A program made the position numbers and the translations under genes. Below the pieces are notes generated by a model, which had not been told where the DNA came from, did no database searches, and worked only from the letters and a program-made list of their open reading frames with translations. Below, piece by piece: positions 52,421 to 64,000 of a DNA stretch of 64,000 nt (position 1 is the stretch's first letter; each line of letters starts with the position of its first letter). Source of the DNA: Podarcis gaigeae (Eukaryota); the NCBI GenBank assembly GCA_964106915.2, contig OZ066924.1; one strand, given 5' to 3'.

Positions 52421-53186
52421 TCTGCTCACTGAAATGAAACGATCGGGCCGGGAGGATGCTGCTCACTTTGAACTCCCCGCCCCCCTCGCCTTCGGTAATC
52501 CCTGCAAAATTCCCTTTTCCAGAATCGCGAGTCTCAAGGCGAAGCGAGAGAGCGTGCGCGCAATCTTTGACCAGAACCGGGGAGATTTAAGGTAGCAATT
52601 TGTTTACAACTTTCACTCTGCTCTCTTGCCGCTGGAGGTGAAGCACGACATTCGGTGAGATTTCTTTGCTATGGAAACTTAACCCGGTGAATAAAAGCAA
52701 AGCCTGTGTGTGTGTGTGTGTGTGTGTGTAAAGGGGGCTTGGGGGGTGTTAGGTAGGAATGTAAAGTATTGGAATTGATTTTTTCTTCTCTGAAACATTT
52801 AAAGAGCTTGGACAGAAAATTAAATCCGAAGGAAAGAAAAGGAAAGAAAGAGATGTGGGGGGGGAAGGGGGGGGGACCCAGAGATCACCAAGGAGGATGG
52901 GAGGGAAACAGAGAAATCATCCCGGGTAACTTTAATTAGAGATGTGTAAAGCACAAACACAGACCCCAGGAAAAAGTGGCTTCGAGGCGGGAGGGGAAAA
53001 ACAGGACTCTCTCACTCTCTCTCTCTCTCTGCCACTAAGGAGCCGCGGACACCCACACACCCCCTCGCACACATGCATAACTAACATTCTCCCAGCGTTT
53101 TATTGGCGACTCTTCCCTTTCAACCACCACCACCCCTTTCGGAGAAAAGGAAATTCCGGCGAGGAAGCCCCAGCTCGGGGAAGCAC

Positions 53187-53405
53187 CTTAGCTATCTGCT
53201 CCAAGGCGAAGCCTGCATCACAGTAGCTCGGCCGCTGCAGATATTCCGGATCGGGAGGCGCGGCGCGTCTGTTCCCGCCGGTCCTCCTCCGCCTCCTGCT
53301 GCCGCTTCTCCCCGGCTGATCCGGCTCTCTGCAGCCGCCGCCGCCGCCGCCTCCTCCATCGCCGCTGCTGTTCTCCGGCTCGGAGGCATTAACAGCTGAG
53401 GCCAT
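53187..53405 (-). CDS. PTCH1: PTCH1 exon 1b coding part (73 codons, [10 protein letters not shown]...[18 protein letters not shown])
   Basis: ATG in GGCAACATGG context at 53405. The translation matches the Patched-1 N-terminus (RPSYCDA.FALEQI.K). GT donor (GTGCTT) at 53186; phase 0 into exon 2. Confidence 0.96.
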
Positions 53406-53664
53406 GTTGCCGCCGCGCAGCCGGGGCTGCCGCCGCCGCTGCTGCTGTTGTTCTGGCGACCCAGGGGCTGCGTCCCGCGCGGTTCCCCCCAGCGCGCTGC
53501 TGCTGCTCCGGGGCGATCCAGCGGGACCGGGGGTGGGCTGGCTCGGGGGCGACGCTCTGCTGCTGACAGACCACTTCTTCATACCGCGTTGGCTGCTGCT
53601 GCTGCTGAAGTTGCTGCCCTAGCTGCTCCCGGCGAGTCAGACCCCGAGCCTTCCATTGCAACAT
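53389..53664 (-). CDS. Overlapping out-of-frame uORF (91 aa) ending 17 nt inside the PTCH1 CDS
   Basis: ATG at 53664 (ORF track 53389..53664), 259 nt upstream of the main ATG and in a different frame. Confidence 0.5.
   Translation of the reverse strand: MLQWKARGLTRREQLGQQLQQQQQPTRYEEVVCQQQSVAPEPAHPRSRWIAPEQQQRAGGNRAGRSPWVARTTAAAAAAAPAARRQHGLSC
53579..53656 (-). CDS. uORF in PTCH1 exon 1b leader (25 aa [25 protein letters not shown]); extendable to an in-frame ATG at 53713 (44 aa)
   Basis: ATG at 53656 in strong context (GCAATGG), open to TGA at 53581-53579. Translation is inferred, not shown. Confidence 0.6.
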   Translation of the reverse strand: MEGSGSDSPGAARAATSAAAAANAV

Positions 53665-54375
53665 TTCGCGAGGATCCGGAGGTCGCCGCCGCCGCCGCCG
53701 CCGCGTCCCACATCCAGTGTGCGAGGGTGAGCGGGGCCAGGCGCTCTCGGCGGGCTCGCCTTCCCCCCGCCTCGTCCTCTCGGGCTGCGGTCGCTCTCCA
53801 GGCTCCTCACCGTCCGGCCGCGGGAAGAAAAGCCAGACTCCCCCTCCGGTCTCCTTTTCCTCGCCGAAGCAGAAGGGGGCTTGAAGGGAGCCTTGATCTC
53901 AGCGCTGGTGGCGGCGGCGGCGGTGCTGCTGCTGCTGCTGCTGCTGCTGCGGCTTCTCCTCCGTCTCGGTGGGCTGTATCATTCTGTCTGGGTGCAGCAG
54001 CGCTGTCTCTTAAGATCTCCCCGGGCTCCCCGTCTCCTCGAGATGCGTGTATCTCTCGCTCTTTCTTCCTCTGCGTGTATGCAGCAGCAGGCAACAGCTC
54101 CCTTGCTTCAATAGCAGAGATGAAGGAGGGGAGGGGGGGAGGAGGAGGAGGGGGGAGAAGGCACTCTCTCCATTTGGATAAAGAGGAGGAGGAGGAGGGG
54201 TGAAAGGGAGAGGGGAGAGCGCGGGGAGGGGGGCCGAGAGAGAGAACTGAAATCCCGCCCCTGGGGCTGTCAGATGGCTTGGGTTTCTGGCCTGCGATTG
54301 GCTCGACGAGGGCAGAAATTACTCAGCAAACATGACTATTATTAGCTGCTTAGCAACAGCTCACCAAAGTAGAGA

Positions 54376-54384
54376 GACCACCCA
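54376..54384 (+). promoter_or_regulatory. GLI consensus site GACCACCCA (proximal)
   Basis: Exact consensus about 1 kb upstream of the ATG. PTCH1 is an established direct GLI target. Confidence 0.9.
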
Positions 54385-57279
54385 GGCAGGCGAGCCTTGT
54401 GTGTGTGCATCTCCAACTTCAGGGGAGCCGTAAAGAGAGCCAGTCTTCTTTGCATGCAATACTTCCATTAAGGAATGCTTCTCTTTTTTTCCTCTCTCTC
54501 TCGCTCACTCCAGTCATTTCTCTCTCTCTCTTTCCCCCCTTTCTCCTTTTTTCTTTTCACGAAAGTGTGTGTGTTAAGCAGAAGGAAAGACCGTGGAAGG
54601 CGGCGGCGGAGGGGGGGTTTAAGGGGGGGAGTTGCGTTTTAAAAAACTAACATACTGTACTGAATTTCCTCACGATCGACCTACTAAAATAAATCTCGGT
54701 TTATTTATTCCCCCCCCCCCCTTAAGAGGAAAGTGGGACCGTGCGGGATGGGGGCAGTGCGGAGAGAGAAAAAGGAGGCTTTAGCGATACCCGAAGCCTT
54801 TAAAAGAAAATCCCTTTAGAGACACTTTGGCCTCAAGCTGCAGCGAATACTGGGAGGTCCAAGATGAATTCCTAGACTTGCACAAATAATGACAGGGGGT
54901 GGACACTGCGTTGCGCAGAGCCAGATATTTCTCTCTCCTCTTTTTTTGTGAACCGAAAAGAGAAGCCTGCGTTCCTTACAAGAAAACAGGCAGCTGTATT
55001 AAGAAAAAGACCACAATGAAACCTTAATACTTGAAATAACAGACTGAAAAGCTGAAAGCGCAGGCAAGTTGCTCGCTTCAGGGCTGGGGGCGGGCGATCC
55101 AGTTTTTATAATCCTTAAGAGCAAAAGTCTTGCTGGCGGATGCTTTAAAGCTCCAGACCGCTATAGAAATAATTGCACCACCTCTCCATATTTCCTCGTG
55201 TTGTTTTTAACATCAGTCGCGATACACGCGCGTGCGTGCATATATTAAACCGCATGGTGTGGTCTTTAATGTGGGTGTTGTTGTTTTTTTGCGGGGATAA
55301 CACGATTACCGTCCTCGTACGTGGTGTAACCGGAATATCATGTTTCCCTTTCATTTTTCAAATGTTTAGTTTGCCCAGAGCGAAATTTCGCCCGTGCGCG
55401 TCCTAGTTACTCGACCGCCGCCGCCGCCGCGACCCCGAGCAGAATTCAGAGCGTGGAAATTCTGCCCTGCAAAAAGAACGCGAGATCCTCGTGTCGTATG
55501 TATGTCCTCCTCCCGCCACCTCCGTGAAGCCGCGTTCCCTCTCTCCCCCCCCCTTCCACTTTTCGGCCCGGAAAAGTTACAAGAGTTTTAGTGTTGGTGG
55601 AGGGAGTGAAATGGGAGAGTGTTGCTTTAAGGAGAAAGCTTGTGTGTATTCATTGAGGGAAAGACCGGGGCGGGGGGGGGGGTGGCAGCACCGCACATTC
55701 AGAGAAAAGGAGGCCGGCCCCGGGGGCGGGCTGAGGCTTTCACGTGACTGACTGGCTCGAGGTTGTGCAAACAAGGCTGGGCTTCCCCAATGCACGAAAT
55801 CTGGCTGCCTCTTCGCTTTAGCGCGCAGAAGGCGAAGCGCACGGGAGTCCAGTCCGGCTCCGAGCAGCTAAGCGGGAAAGGAGGCACCGCGCCGTCCCCA
55901 CCCCTTTCTCTCCCCCCCCCCCCGAGAAAAATGCCAGACAAGCCATAGTACATTCCTAAAGGAGGGCTCTCCCCTTCACGCTGCCCAATAGCAAGCCGCG
56001 ACCATTCCTGCTAGCCAATGGCGAGGCGACAGAGGACTTTTCCATTCAGTTCTGCGCTACATTTCGGGGGGTGGCGTTTTGCTGCGCCAGCCGGGCTCGG
56101 GGGATCAGAGCGCCGGATTCACGCCGGCCTGACCCTGATCTCAAATGCTCAGCGGCTCACTCTGCAGATCTTTCTCCGAAATGCGGTTGTTGCGGCGAAA
56201 GAGATGTCAGGTTATCGGTTCCTCTCTCCGCGCCTCCCCGGTTGGCACCAGCGGCAATCACGCGAAAAAGCGCGCTGGTTTCTAAAGAAGTCTCGTTCCT
56301 CCCAAGGCACGTGTTGACTTTTTGCAGAGAGGCAGTTGCAAGGCGAGGAAAGCTCCTGCTAATCATAAAAACCCCATAAGGATAATTAAATTGGGATGGG
56401 GAAACGAGCTGGGAATTGCATTAGGGCTGCGATCCGCAAACCGCTTCCTCCGGAGCAAACACTTAAATAAATCCCAGTGGAACCTCGACCTTGCTTGTCG
56501 ACATCAGAGAGTGGTTACTGGTGTCGCGGTGTCTATTGTTCAAGAAGTGGCAGTTTTAACCATTTGCAGGCTACCGATCCGCATCAGCCGCTAACGCAAC
56601 GCAAGGGGTTTGTGGGTTGGTCTGAACGTGACCATTTGTGCTCTGCGAGCAACCCCTCCCTGGGGAGAGGCTGTTTAGTGACAGCGAGCGTGTTCAACGC
56701 TCACTGTCGCCAGATATGGCTCTTGCCTGAAACCTTGCCGAGCCGCTGCCAGTCAGTGCTGGCAGTGCTGAGTTAGATGGACCAATGGTCCGAATCGAAT
56801 TGTTACAATACCGATGAGACAAATACACCAGTCGGTAGCAAACCTTTATTCTGAATGTGGCGGTGATTTGGAATCACTACCCTGCTCCAGTTTCACCTTG
56901 TCAGTCACTCATGCGGATTAAAATGCCACCCACAAACGCGAAAGCACGTATTGGAAATCAGGCTGTGTAGTAGTTACAGCACGTTAACCAGTCTCGAGTA
57001 AGGTACCAGTACTTACTGCCTGGAATAAAATTGGCGTGATGCATGTGGGAACTGGGAAGGCAAAAAAAAACACAAAATACTGCTAGATAGGACTCGCGGG
57101 ATAAAGCCGTGTATAATTCCCCGAAGCAACAATACCTAAGGGGTATCCCATAATAGCATCCCTTGGTTGGCGTGCTACCACCGTCCTCTAATTCTCTGGC
57201 AGCTTTTCAAGCATCAAGAAATTCCCAGTCTTAGAACAGGGTTTACTTCCGAGCTAACATGACCAGGATGAAGCTGCAA

Positions 57280-59520
57280 AGAAGTCCCTCCCCGGGGCGG
57301 GGGTCACACTTCTGTGGCCCTGCTCTCCCTTTTGCATAATTCCCCATTACAGGCTAACCCCTCCCCGCGCCCTTTTCCTTTCCAAAGCCCTCGCCCTATG
57401 CCGGTTAAAATGTTGGTCCCCAAACACAACCTGGCGGCTCAAATTTAACAAGCCCTATCTTAATATATCCTCCGCCTCCCTCTGCCCCCCTCTTCCTGTG
57501 GTCTGGTTAATTTCATACACAAGAGATGAATTACCGAAGGGATCTAATTGGCCTTGTTTCTGCAATATTGTGTGTGTGTGTCTCTCAGTGTAAAAGTCTC
57601 CTCTCGACGTGGGTGGTCGGAGCGGAGGACGTCTCCAATTTGCCTCCTGGCTGATGCGCACGAAAGAGCGCGGCCGCTTTCCTCGCGAGCACGTTGCCCC
57701 TGATCCATCTGTCCTTTCTTCTTTACATTGGTCCGCATTGTTACCTTTAATATGCATGGCCCGCGCATGTAGCTTGTGCCTGGGCAGCAGGATTTGTCAA
57801 CTTCAAGAAGGAATCGCGAGGCTCCTCCTGCGGATTTAAGGGAGACGGAGCGCTGCCTTTGTGTGTGTGTGTGTGTGTTATCGGGCTCCACGGGCCCGGT
57901 CTGCCTGCCGTTCTTTGGCGTCTTGCTTTTTCCACGTGGCCTGGGAGAATGGAGGGACGAGGCAAGGCCTGCAGCGGGCCCAGGCCAGCCATCGCTCCAG
58001 CTGGCCTTTTCTTTCTCGCCTGGTTGCAGCGCGATCTGCATTTCATTAGAAACCTTCCCTTGGCGCCACAACAATCGCCCTTCCAAGCAACCTCGGTGCA
58101 CTGGGACCAGCCACCATAGAGAAGTCCTCCTAGGTGGCGAGAGAACTTCCAGAGTTTCGATCTGTCCTTGCCATGCCGAGGTCGTAAAGCGAGGCCTTGC
58201 AGCATCCGGTTACATTCATAAAAAGAGACGACGTTGAAATAAACCACCTGCCTTCACGTGGGGGCGGGGAGGGGAGAGGGAGGCAAGACGTGAAACTCTT
58301 CAAGGAGTTGGCATGAGTGTGTTTGCATCCTCTTTCACGGTGCAGCCTGAGCTAATGCGTGTTTTGTTAGAGGAAAGTCCCCGGCCTTGCTTACTGGGAG
58401 TACAGGTAATTTGCAAAGCTTTAAGCGTGCAGCATGGTTTTTTTGTTTTCCCCCCAACCTATCACAACAACCGAAGAATGAAGTATTTGTTCCTTCTTGA
58501 GAAATGCTAAAAGAGAGAGAATGTCAGTGGCAGAGACAGGACTGTCACTGAAATGAGACCTGGAACAGACAGGTGTGTGCCTCTGTGTGTATTACAGAGA
58601 CCACCACACCGCTTCTCACCTTGAGAAGAGTCGCTCTCCCTGCGTCTTAAGCAATGATTTGAACTAAGGTTGGTCACGGCTCAACCTGTTGGCAATTTCA
58701 GGACAACTCTGAATAAGTACTAATAATGAGCTGGATCCAGGCATCCCCTTGAAATCAATGGGGCTTGAGTTAGTAATGACTAAGGAGTCATTACACTTAC
58801 CTCCGAGTAGGCCTACTGTACTTAGGAGGAGGGATTTAAGACAACTGAGCAGTTTTAGATGTGGCTACACACGTGTTTCTGTGCATGTATGAACAAGGAC
58901 ACGCGTGACTTTCCTAACTTAGTACAGGCCCGCTTTTTACACTTGTACAAAGCCCATTGCTAACAGACTGAGTGTGTTGTGATGAGATTCACCTTTGCCT
59001 GGCGGGTTTCCACTTCAGCATCCTGGGCGGCGGCTGCAGCAGCAGCAGCGTCCGCGGAGAGGCTTTTGCAAAGAGCGAGCCGGGGCTTGGGAAAGGCCCC
59101 GGAACGGCAGGACTCAAGCCGCCCTCGCCTCGGCCCCCGCCCGCCTTCCTTCTGGGTCCCCTCCTCGGCAGCGTCAGAAAGGGAACCGCTCGAGCCAACT
59201 TGTCAAAATAATGCGGCTAATTACCCCTGATCTCCTTTAATGGCAAGCTGCTTCGCACGCCACAAAGGAGCGGAGGAGGGATCTGCAGCTCCTACGCGCA
59301 GGAAAGCAGGCGGGTCGCCCCGCAGAGATCTCCGGGCGAGAGGGCCACCAAAGGCCCCGAGAGCCCCAAGTTCACCAGGGAGGGAGGAGGGAGTCAGGAT
59401 GGGAGGCCCCTGGGTTAAGGAGCATGGGAAGGGCATCCCAGTTAGGGAGAAGGCGCCCGTGCAAACGGAAACTCTCGGGGCTGGCGAGCCAAACCCCACA
59501 GATAGGTTTGTACCAGGGGC
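57280..59520. promoter_or_regulatory. Distal CpG-rich region (possible upstream alternative promoter/exon 1a region)
   Basis: Two CpG-rich patches (about 57.3-58.3 and 59.0-59.5 kb), a GLI site and E-boxes. No exon boundaries could be assigned. Confidence 0.5.
57610..57618 (-). promoter_or_regulatory. GLI consensus site (TGGGTGGTC, distal)
   Basis: Exact consensus within a second CpG-rich block about 4.2 kb upstream of the ATG. Confidence 0.85.
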
Positions 59521-60352
59521 AGCATCACAATTTCCAGGAAGACTTGGGACTGCCTCTCTTCATTCTGAAAGAAGACCTTCTTAATGCAACAAGAAAATGA
59601 CATTTTTAAAAGCCTGAGTTTCTAGTCCTCAAGATGGTTTTAGTGGTTTGTTTGTTTTTAAAGATGAGAGTAGAAAGGTTACAAGATGGAAAGAAAGGCA
59701 GAGCAGCGTCTGTGGAAGATTGATTTATTTTTTGGCCTGTGCAGCTTTCCAAAGGTACACATAATATCTTGCACCTGGCACCTGGCAAATCCCCCGTACG
59801 ACTGTACAGTGATTAAACTATAGGAGCACTGTTATCCTGTGTATGTTGTAGAGAAAAAATAAGAAAGACACCACCAGCAGCAGCAGCTGAAAGGGTGGTC
59901 CCAGATTTAAAAGCAGGATGCATCTGAGAAGGTTGACAGCTATTACTCTAAGGTCTATCCAGCTATATGGACAGTACACAGGTGAATGCCCTCTGCCCAA
60001 CTCCAGAGTCCTCCCTCCACCTTCCACTGAACAGTCTTACCATCCTGAGGATTAGAAACTCAGGCTTAAAACAATAAATAAATCTCGCAGTGGTGGGAAA
60101 CTCTGCCACCCCCAGCTGTCGCTGGACTCCAACTCCCATGGCAATTGGTCAGGACTGATTGCAACTTTGGCAATACCTGGAGGGTCACAAGTCCTGACCC
60201 ACCCCCACAACATAGTGTCTTTTAAAATGAGGAAAAACCAGTCCTAAGCTCTCCTAGAAGTCAGCCTTCTGACTGGGGACTTCCTACCTCTCAAAACCCA
60301 GGACTTGGTGCTGACAGAGACTACTGTATTTGGTTGTGGTTACTTTGTATTT

Positions 60353-60677
60353 GGGGTGGCGCTGTGGATTAAACCACAGAGCCTAGGACTTGCTGATCAG
60401 AAGGTCGGCGGTTCGAATCCCCACAACAGGGTGAGCTCCCATTGCTCGGTCCCTGCTCCTGCCAACCTAGCAGTTTGAAAGCACGTCAAAGTGCAAGTAG
60501 ATAAATAGGTACCGCTCCGGCAGGAAGGTAAACGGCATTTCTGTGCGCTGCTCTGGTTCGCCAGAAGCGGCTTAGTCATGCTGGCCACATGACCTGGAAG
60601 CTGTGCGCCGGCTCCCTCGGCCAATAAAGCGAGATGAGCACCACAACCCCAGAGTCGGCCATCCCTTTACTTTTACC
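60353..60677 (+). mobile_element. Sauria SINE
   Basis: Flanking repeat TTACTTTGTATTTGGGGT at 60340-60357 and 60678-60695. Confidence 0.88.
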
Positions 60678-61768
60678 TTACTTTGTATTTGGGGTTTTCA
60701 GTGGTGCTATTTTCTTTCTTAATAAAAACATACATGAAATTATCTTCACGTGATAAGCTGTAAGATATGACCCATAGAAAAATGAGTGATTCTGCTGGAG
60801 GGCGCAAAGTCAATGTTTCTAACTTTTATCTTTGTGTGTCTCAGATATGACAAATCTTCATGCATTTATGTACACACACCATCCCCAAATATGCATTTTG
60901 GGAAGAGAGATCAGTTTTCCTTTTTAGTCTGAAATTTATCACTGTGAGCCTCTCTAAGTGAAGGCCAAGAAGAGGGGAGATGCTTGAATTTTTAAGTGTA
61001 AGGTAAACAGCTGATGTTAACCCGTCAATTATCTCCTAGCTTTTCAAGAATGAAAGCAAAGGAGAGGGAGGCAGATGGTAAAAGGAGAGACCTCAGCAAA
61101 GTGAAAATGCTGTCTAAATTTGCTGTCCAGCATCATCAGCTCCATTAAAACTAAGCAGTTGCTTTTTTCTTGACTGTACCACTTCAGGCTACAGGAGTGG
61201 AACCCATTTGTGTTCTGCTTTTCTAAGAGAAAAGCTCTTGCATGTGGAAAATCACAATGTTGAAGTGATGGGATAAACCAATCTCTCTCACCCATACTCT
61301 TTTTCTTTGTAAAGGTGAAGTTTACTTCTCTCTCTCTCTCTCTCTCTCATGTGTGTGTGTGTGTGTTGAGGAACTGCATTATTCAGACATCGCATCTTCC
61401 ATCTGTAGCCAAGGTGTACTACTTGAATCCATCGTTTGTATAGACTAGACTGCCTCTCATCAGCTGACACAGGTTCAGGGGTAAGGGGCTTAATGTTTTC
61501 TTTCCTGGACCAGTCAACTGATCTATGCATTATATAAACAGAATGAGGTAGGAGGACTGGGAAGCAGTAAATTTTTGTACTATTTCAGGGTACAGGTGGA
61601 GGGAATCATATTCTGAATGCTCTCCGAAACTTCTCTTTTAGTTGCATTGGAAGCAATTTTGAAAGTGGGGAGGAATATTCCCTTATGCAAAATGAGCCTC
61701 ATTTCCCAATTCCTGCATATGGTAAGCTAGCACATCAAAAGACAAAAAATGTAATTCTTTTTGATAAA

Positions 61769-61996
61769 GGTAGTGGTTAAGAGCGGTAGACTCGTAATCT
61801 GGTGAACCGGGTTTGCTTCCCCGCTCCTCCACATGCAGCTGCTGGGTGACCTTGGGCTAGTCACACTTCTTTGAAGTCTCTCAGCCTCACTCACAGAGTG
61901 TTTGTTGTGGGGGAGGAAGGGAAAGGAGATTGTTAGCCACTTTGAGACTCCTTAGGGTAGTGATAAAGTGGGATATCAAATCCTAACTCTTCTTCT
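61769..61996 (+). mobile_element. tRNA-derived squamate SINE (same family as 22625)
   Basis: Direct homology to the 22625 and 63786 copies. Confidence 0.8.
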
Positions 61997-62564
61997 ACCC
62001 TACCTGCAGTCTGAAACAACATAGTCTAGAATTCTAGCACTTCCTAGAATAAGGCCTGAAACATACCTGAAGCAATCATCTAGCTGAAGCTAAGCAGGCC
62101 AGAGTCTGCCTAGATAAGATACTTCATCAGAACCACGTTTATGCTACTTAGGGTTTCATGATGGAAGAAAGGTGAGATATAAGGGGGAGAAACTGCAGGA
62201 GATGAAGGGTTTTGTGGCTCTCCTTGCAATGTCTAAGAATCCCAGTTTTAATCCTGTGCTTTGCTAGAGAAAAAGCTGAAGTTGCCCCGGTCAACACAGG
62301 AACACGGGAAGCTGCCTATACTGAAGACAGAACATTGTACCACCTAGCTCAGTATTGTACGTTGAGTAGAAATGGGCAGCTGTTTCATTCATTCTCAGCC
62401 CTCTCTGCATCCAATGTAGATACTCTACCACTGAACTATCACCCAATGGGTCATAGTTTTCCTCAGAAGAGCTCTTCTCCATCTTGCTTGTTCATGCTGC
62501 CTCCCATTAGGCAAAAGGCAGGTTTTAATGCCTATGATCTCTGCCAAAGAGCAAATTGGTCACT

Positions 62565-62595
<31 letters not shown>

Positions 62596-63004
62596 CGCAA
62601 AGCCTTGCAATGCAATCCCATTGACCCACGGCTGGATCCACACGTTTACTGGAGATAGAGGCATGAGAAATGAAAAGGAAGTAAAGCAATTCAGTCTCAG
62701 TGCCTGCCTTTCTTTCAGGCTGCTAATCCGGTTTAGACATCACGCCTCCATCTCTGAATGGACTGCGGCAAAGGGAGAAGAAATAAAAGGTGGGTGGGTG
62801 TGATAAGGATAAAATCAGTGAGGACAGAGATATTTTAATTCATAGAATTCTGCCCTGTCAGTTTTCCATCTGCTGCATCCTGAAAGCAATTAGGAAAGGG
62901 AAATTAAAAGGGGGGGGGGCTTCTTCCCCACTTTCCTTTCCAATACTCCCAGTGCAAATGGAAAACCTCATTTCCCAGTGCCTTGCAAGAGTATTACAAT
63001 CCTA

Positions 63005-63236
63005 TGCCATAGTCTGTAAATAAACAAATCAAAAAACAGATTGATGAATCAGAAAAGTTATTTCCTTTTTACAGAACCTTACTTAGGTGTGGATGTGTCC
63101 ATTAACTAAAGTCTCTACAACCCTGTGCCACAATCTGTAAATAAACGAATAAAAAAATCAGATTGATGAATCAGAAATTTCCTTTTTACAGAACCTTACT
63201 TAGGTGTGTGGATGTGTCCATTAACCGGAGTCTCTG
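63005..63236. repeat. Two-copy tandem duplication, ~121-bp unit
   Basis: TCTGTAAATAAAC...GATTGATGAATCAGAA...TTTCCTTTTTACAGAACCTTACTTAGGTGTG..GATGTGTCCATTAAC occurs twice. Confidence 0.9.
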
Positions 63237-63785
63237 GGGATGGCCCCCCGCTCTGGTTTTATTTTTAACTACCTTGAATCTGTACTGCCAGGTTTTTATT
63301 TATTTATTTTTTTTGTAAAGAAACCCATTTTCCAGGAAGAAAGCCCAGACTGTCCTATGGAAGCTTCTGCAGACAACAGTTCCATTGATTTCTGAAGGAC
63401 TTGGAACACAGGTACACCTAGTGAACACACCGTGCCCTGTAAACTGTGGGCTCAGAGTTTGCTTGAGGAAAACAGAAAAGAAGCATGGGAATGCAAGCCC
63501 ACTGTTGAGAAGTCCCCTGTTCTAAACGGGGTACCAACAGCCAAAGAGGAAGTCAGGTTGCACAAAAGCCAAGGTTAGGTTGGAAGGCTCCAGTATCTAG
63601 CATGTTTAGAACGGTTCCCAAACGACCCACACTGGCAGTGTGGTCCAGAGGAGAGGACCCTGGAGAAGGGTGTCTGGGTTCCAAGCCTTGAGGGCACCCA
63701 CAAAACTCCTTGTGTGGCCCTGTCACTGCCTTTGCAATAGGAATAGGAACCTTTGGCTTGCCTGATGTTGTTGGACTACAACCCA

Positions 63786-64000
63786 GAGAGTCAGTGTGGT
63801 GTTGTGGTTAAGAGCAGTGGACTCATAATCTGGTGAACCGGGTTCGATTCCCCACTCCTCCACCTGCAGCTGCTGGGTGACCTTGGGCTAGTCACACTTC
63901 TCTGAAGTCTCTCAGCCCCACTCACCTCACAGAGTGTTTGTTGTGGGGGAGGAAGGGAAAGGAGAATGTTAGCCGCTTTGAGACTCCTTTGGGTAGTGAT
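63786..64000 (+). mobile_element. tRNA-derived squamate SINE (runs off window)
   Basis: A/B boxes; homologous to the 22625 copy. Confidence 0.8.

Larger units (their letters stand above)
52430..56400. promoter_or_regulatory. CpG island / PTCH1 1b promoter region
   Basis: High GC and CpG density relative to the CpG-poor introns. GC box at about 54253-54261 and CCAAT (ATTGG) at 54297-54301. Essentially free of transposons. Confidence 0.85.

Noticed and set aside
53448-54203. 251-aa + strand ORF antisense to the PTCH1 leader
   Set aside because: Non-ATG start and low-complexity Ala/Gly/Arg from triplet repeats in a CpG island, where stop codons are rare; no recognisable domain.
57455-59584. 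Several 80-185 aa ORFs as a possible coding exon 1a
   Set aside because: Only a weak FYT-like resemblance to the recalled human 1a' peptide; no convincing start/donor pair; ORFs are expected in GC-rich DNA.
63790-63860. tRNA-like sequences (also about 22810-22875, 49150-49215, 61770-61825)
   Set aside because: SINE heads with A/B boxes continuing into the SINE body; no proper cloverleaf acceptor stem or terminator.

Overview
Vertebrate genomic DNA, very probably from a lacertid-type lizard (Sauria SINEs, squamate tRNA-SINEs, L2/CR1/RTE/Rex1 fragments, many hAT and Tc1/mariner MITEs). The window holds the 5' half of PTCH1 (Patched-1, Hedgehog receptor) on the minus strand. Coding exons 1b and 2-9 can all be placed at GT-AG boundaries (53405 down to 283), with a 40.4-kb intron 2. 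Upstream lie a CpG-island promoter with two perfect GLI sites and a likely exon-1c homologue. The gene continues beyond the left edge. Best second-look items: (1) a 223-bp Penelope-like insertion in intron 2 that is a near-perfect 92-bp-arm palindrome with back-to-back minimal hammerhead ribozymes; (2) a 5' leader with four upstream AUGs, where one uORF's stop overlaps (ATGA) an in-frame AUG that would add 59 aa to PTCH1; (3) a one-codon deletion plus clustered substitutions in the ECD1 loop region that contacts Hedgehog; (4) a perfect GLI site inside a CR1-derived repeat; (5) a Sauria SINE with a perfect 63-bp target-site duplication. Comparisons to human or repeat consensus sequences are from memory and need verification. 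No prokaryote-style system is present.
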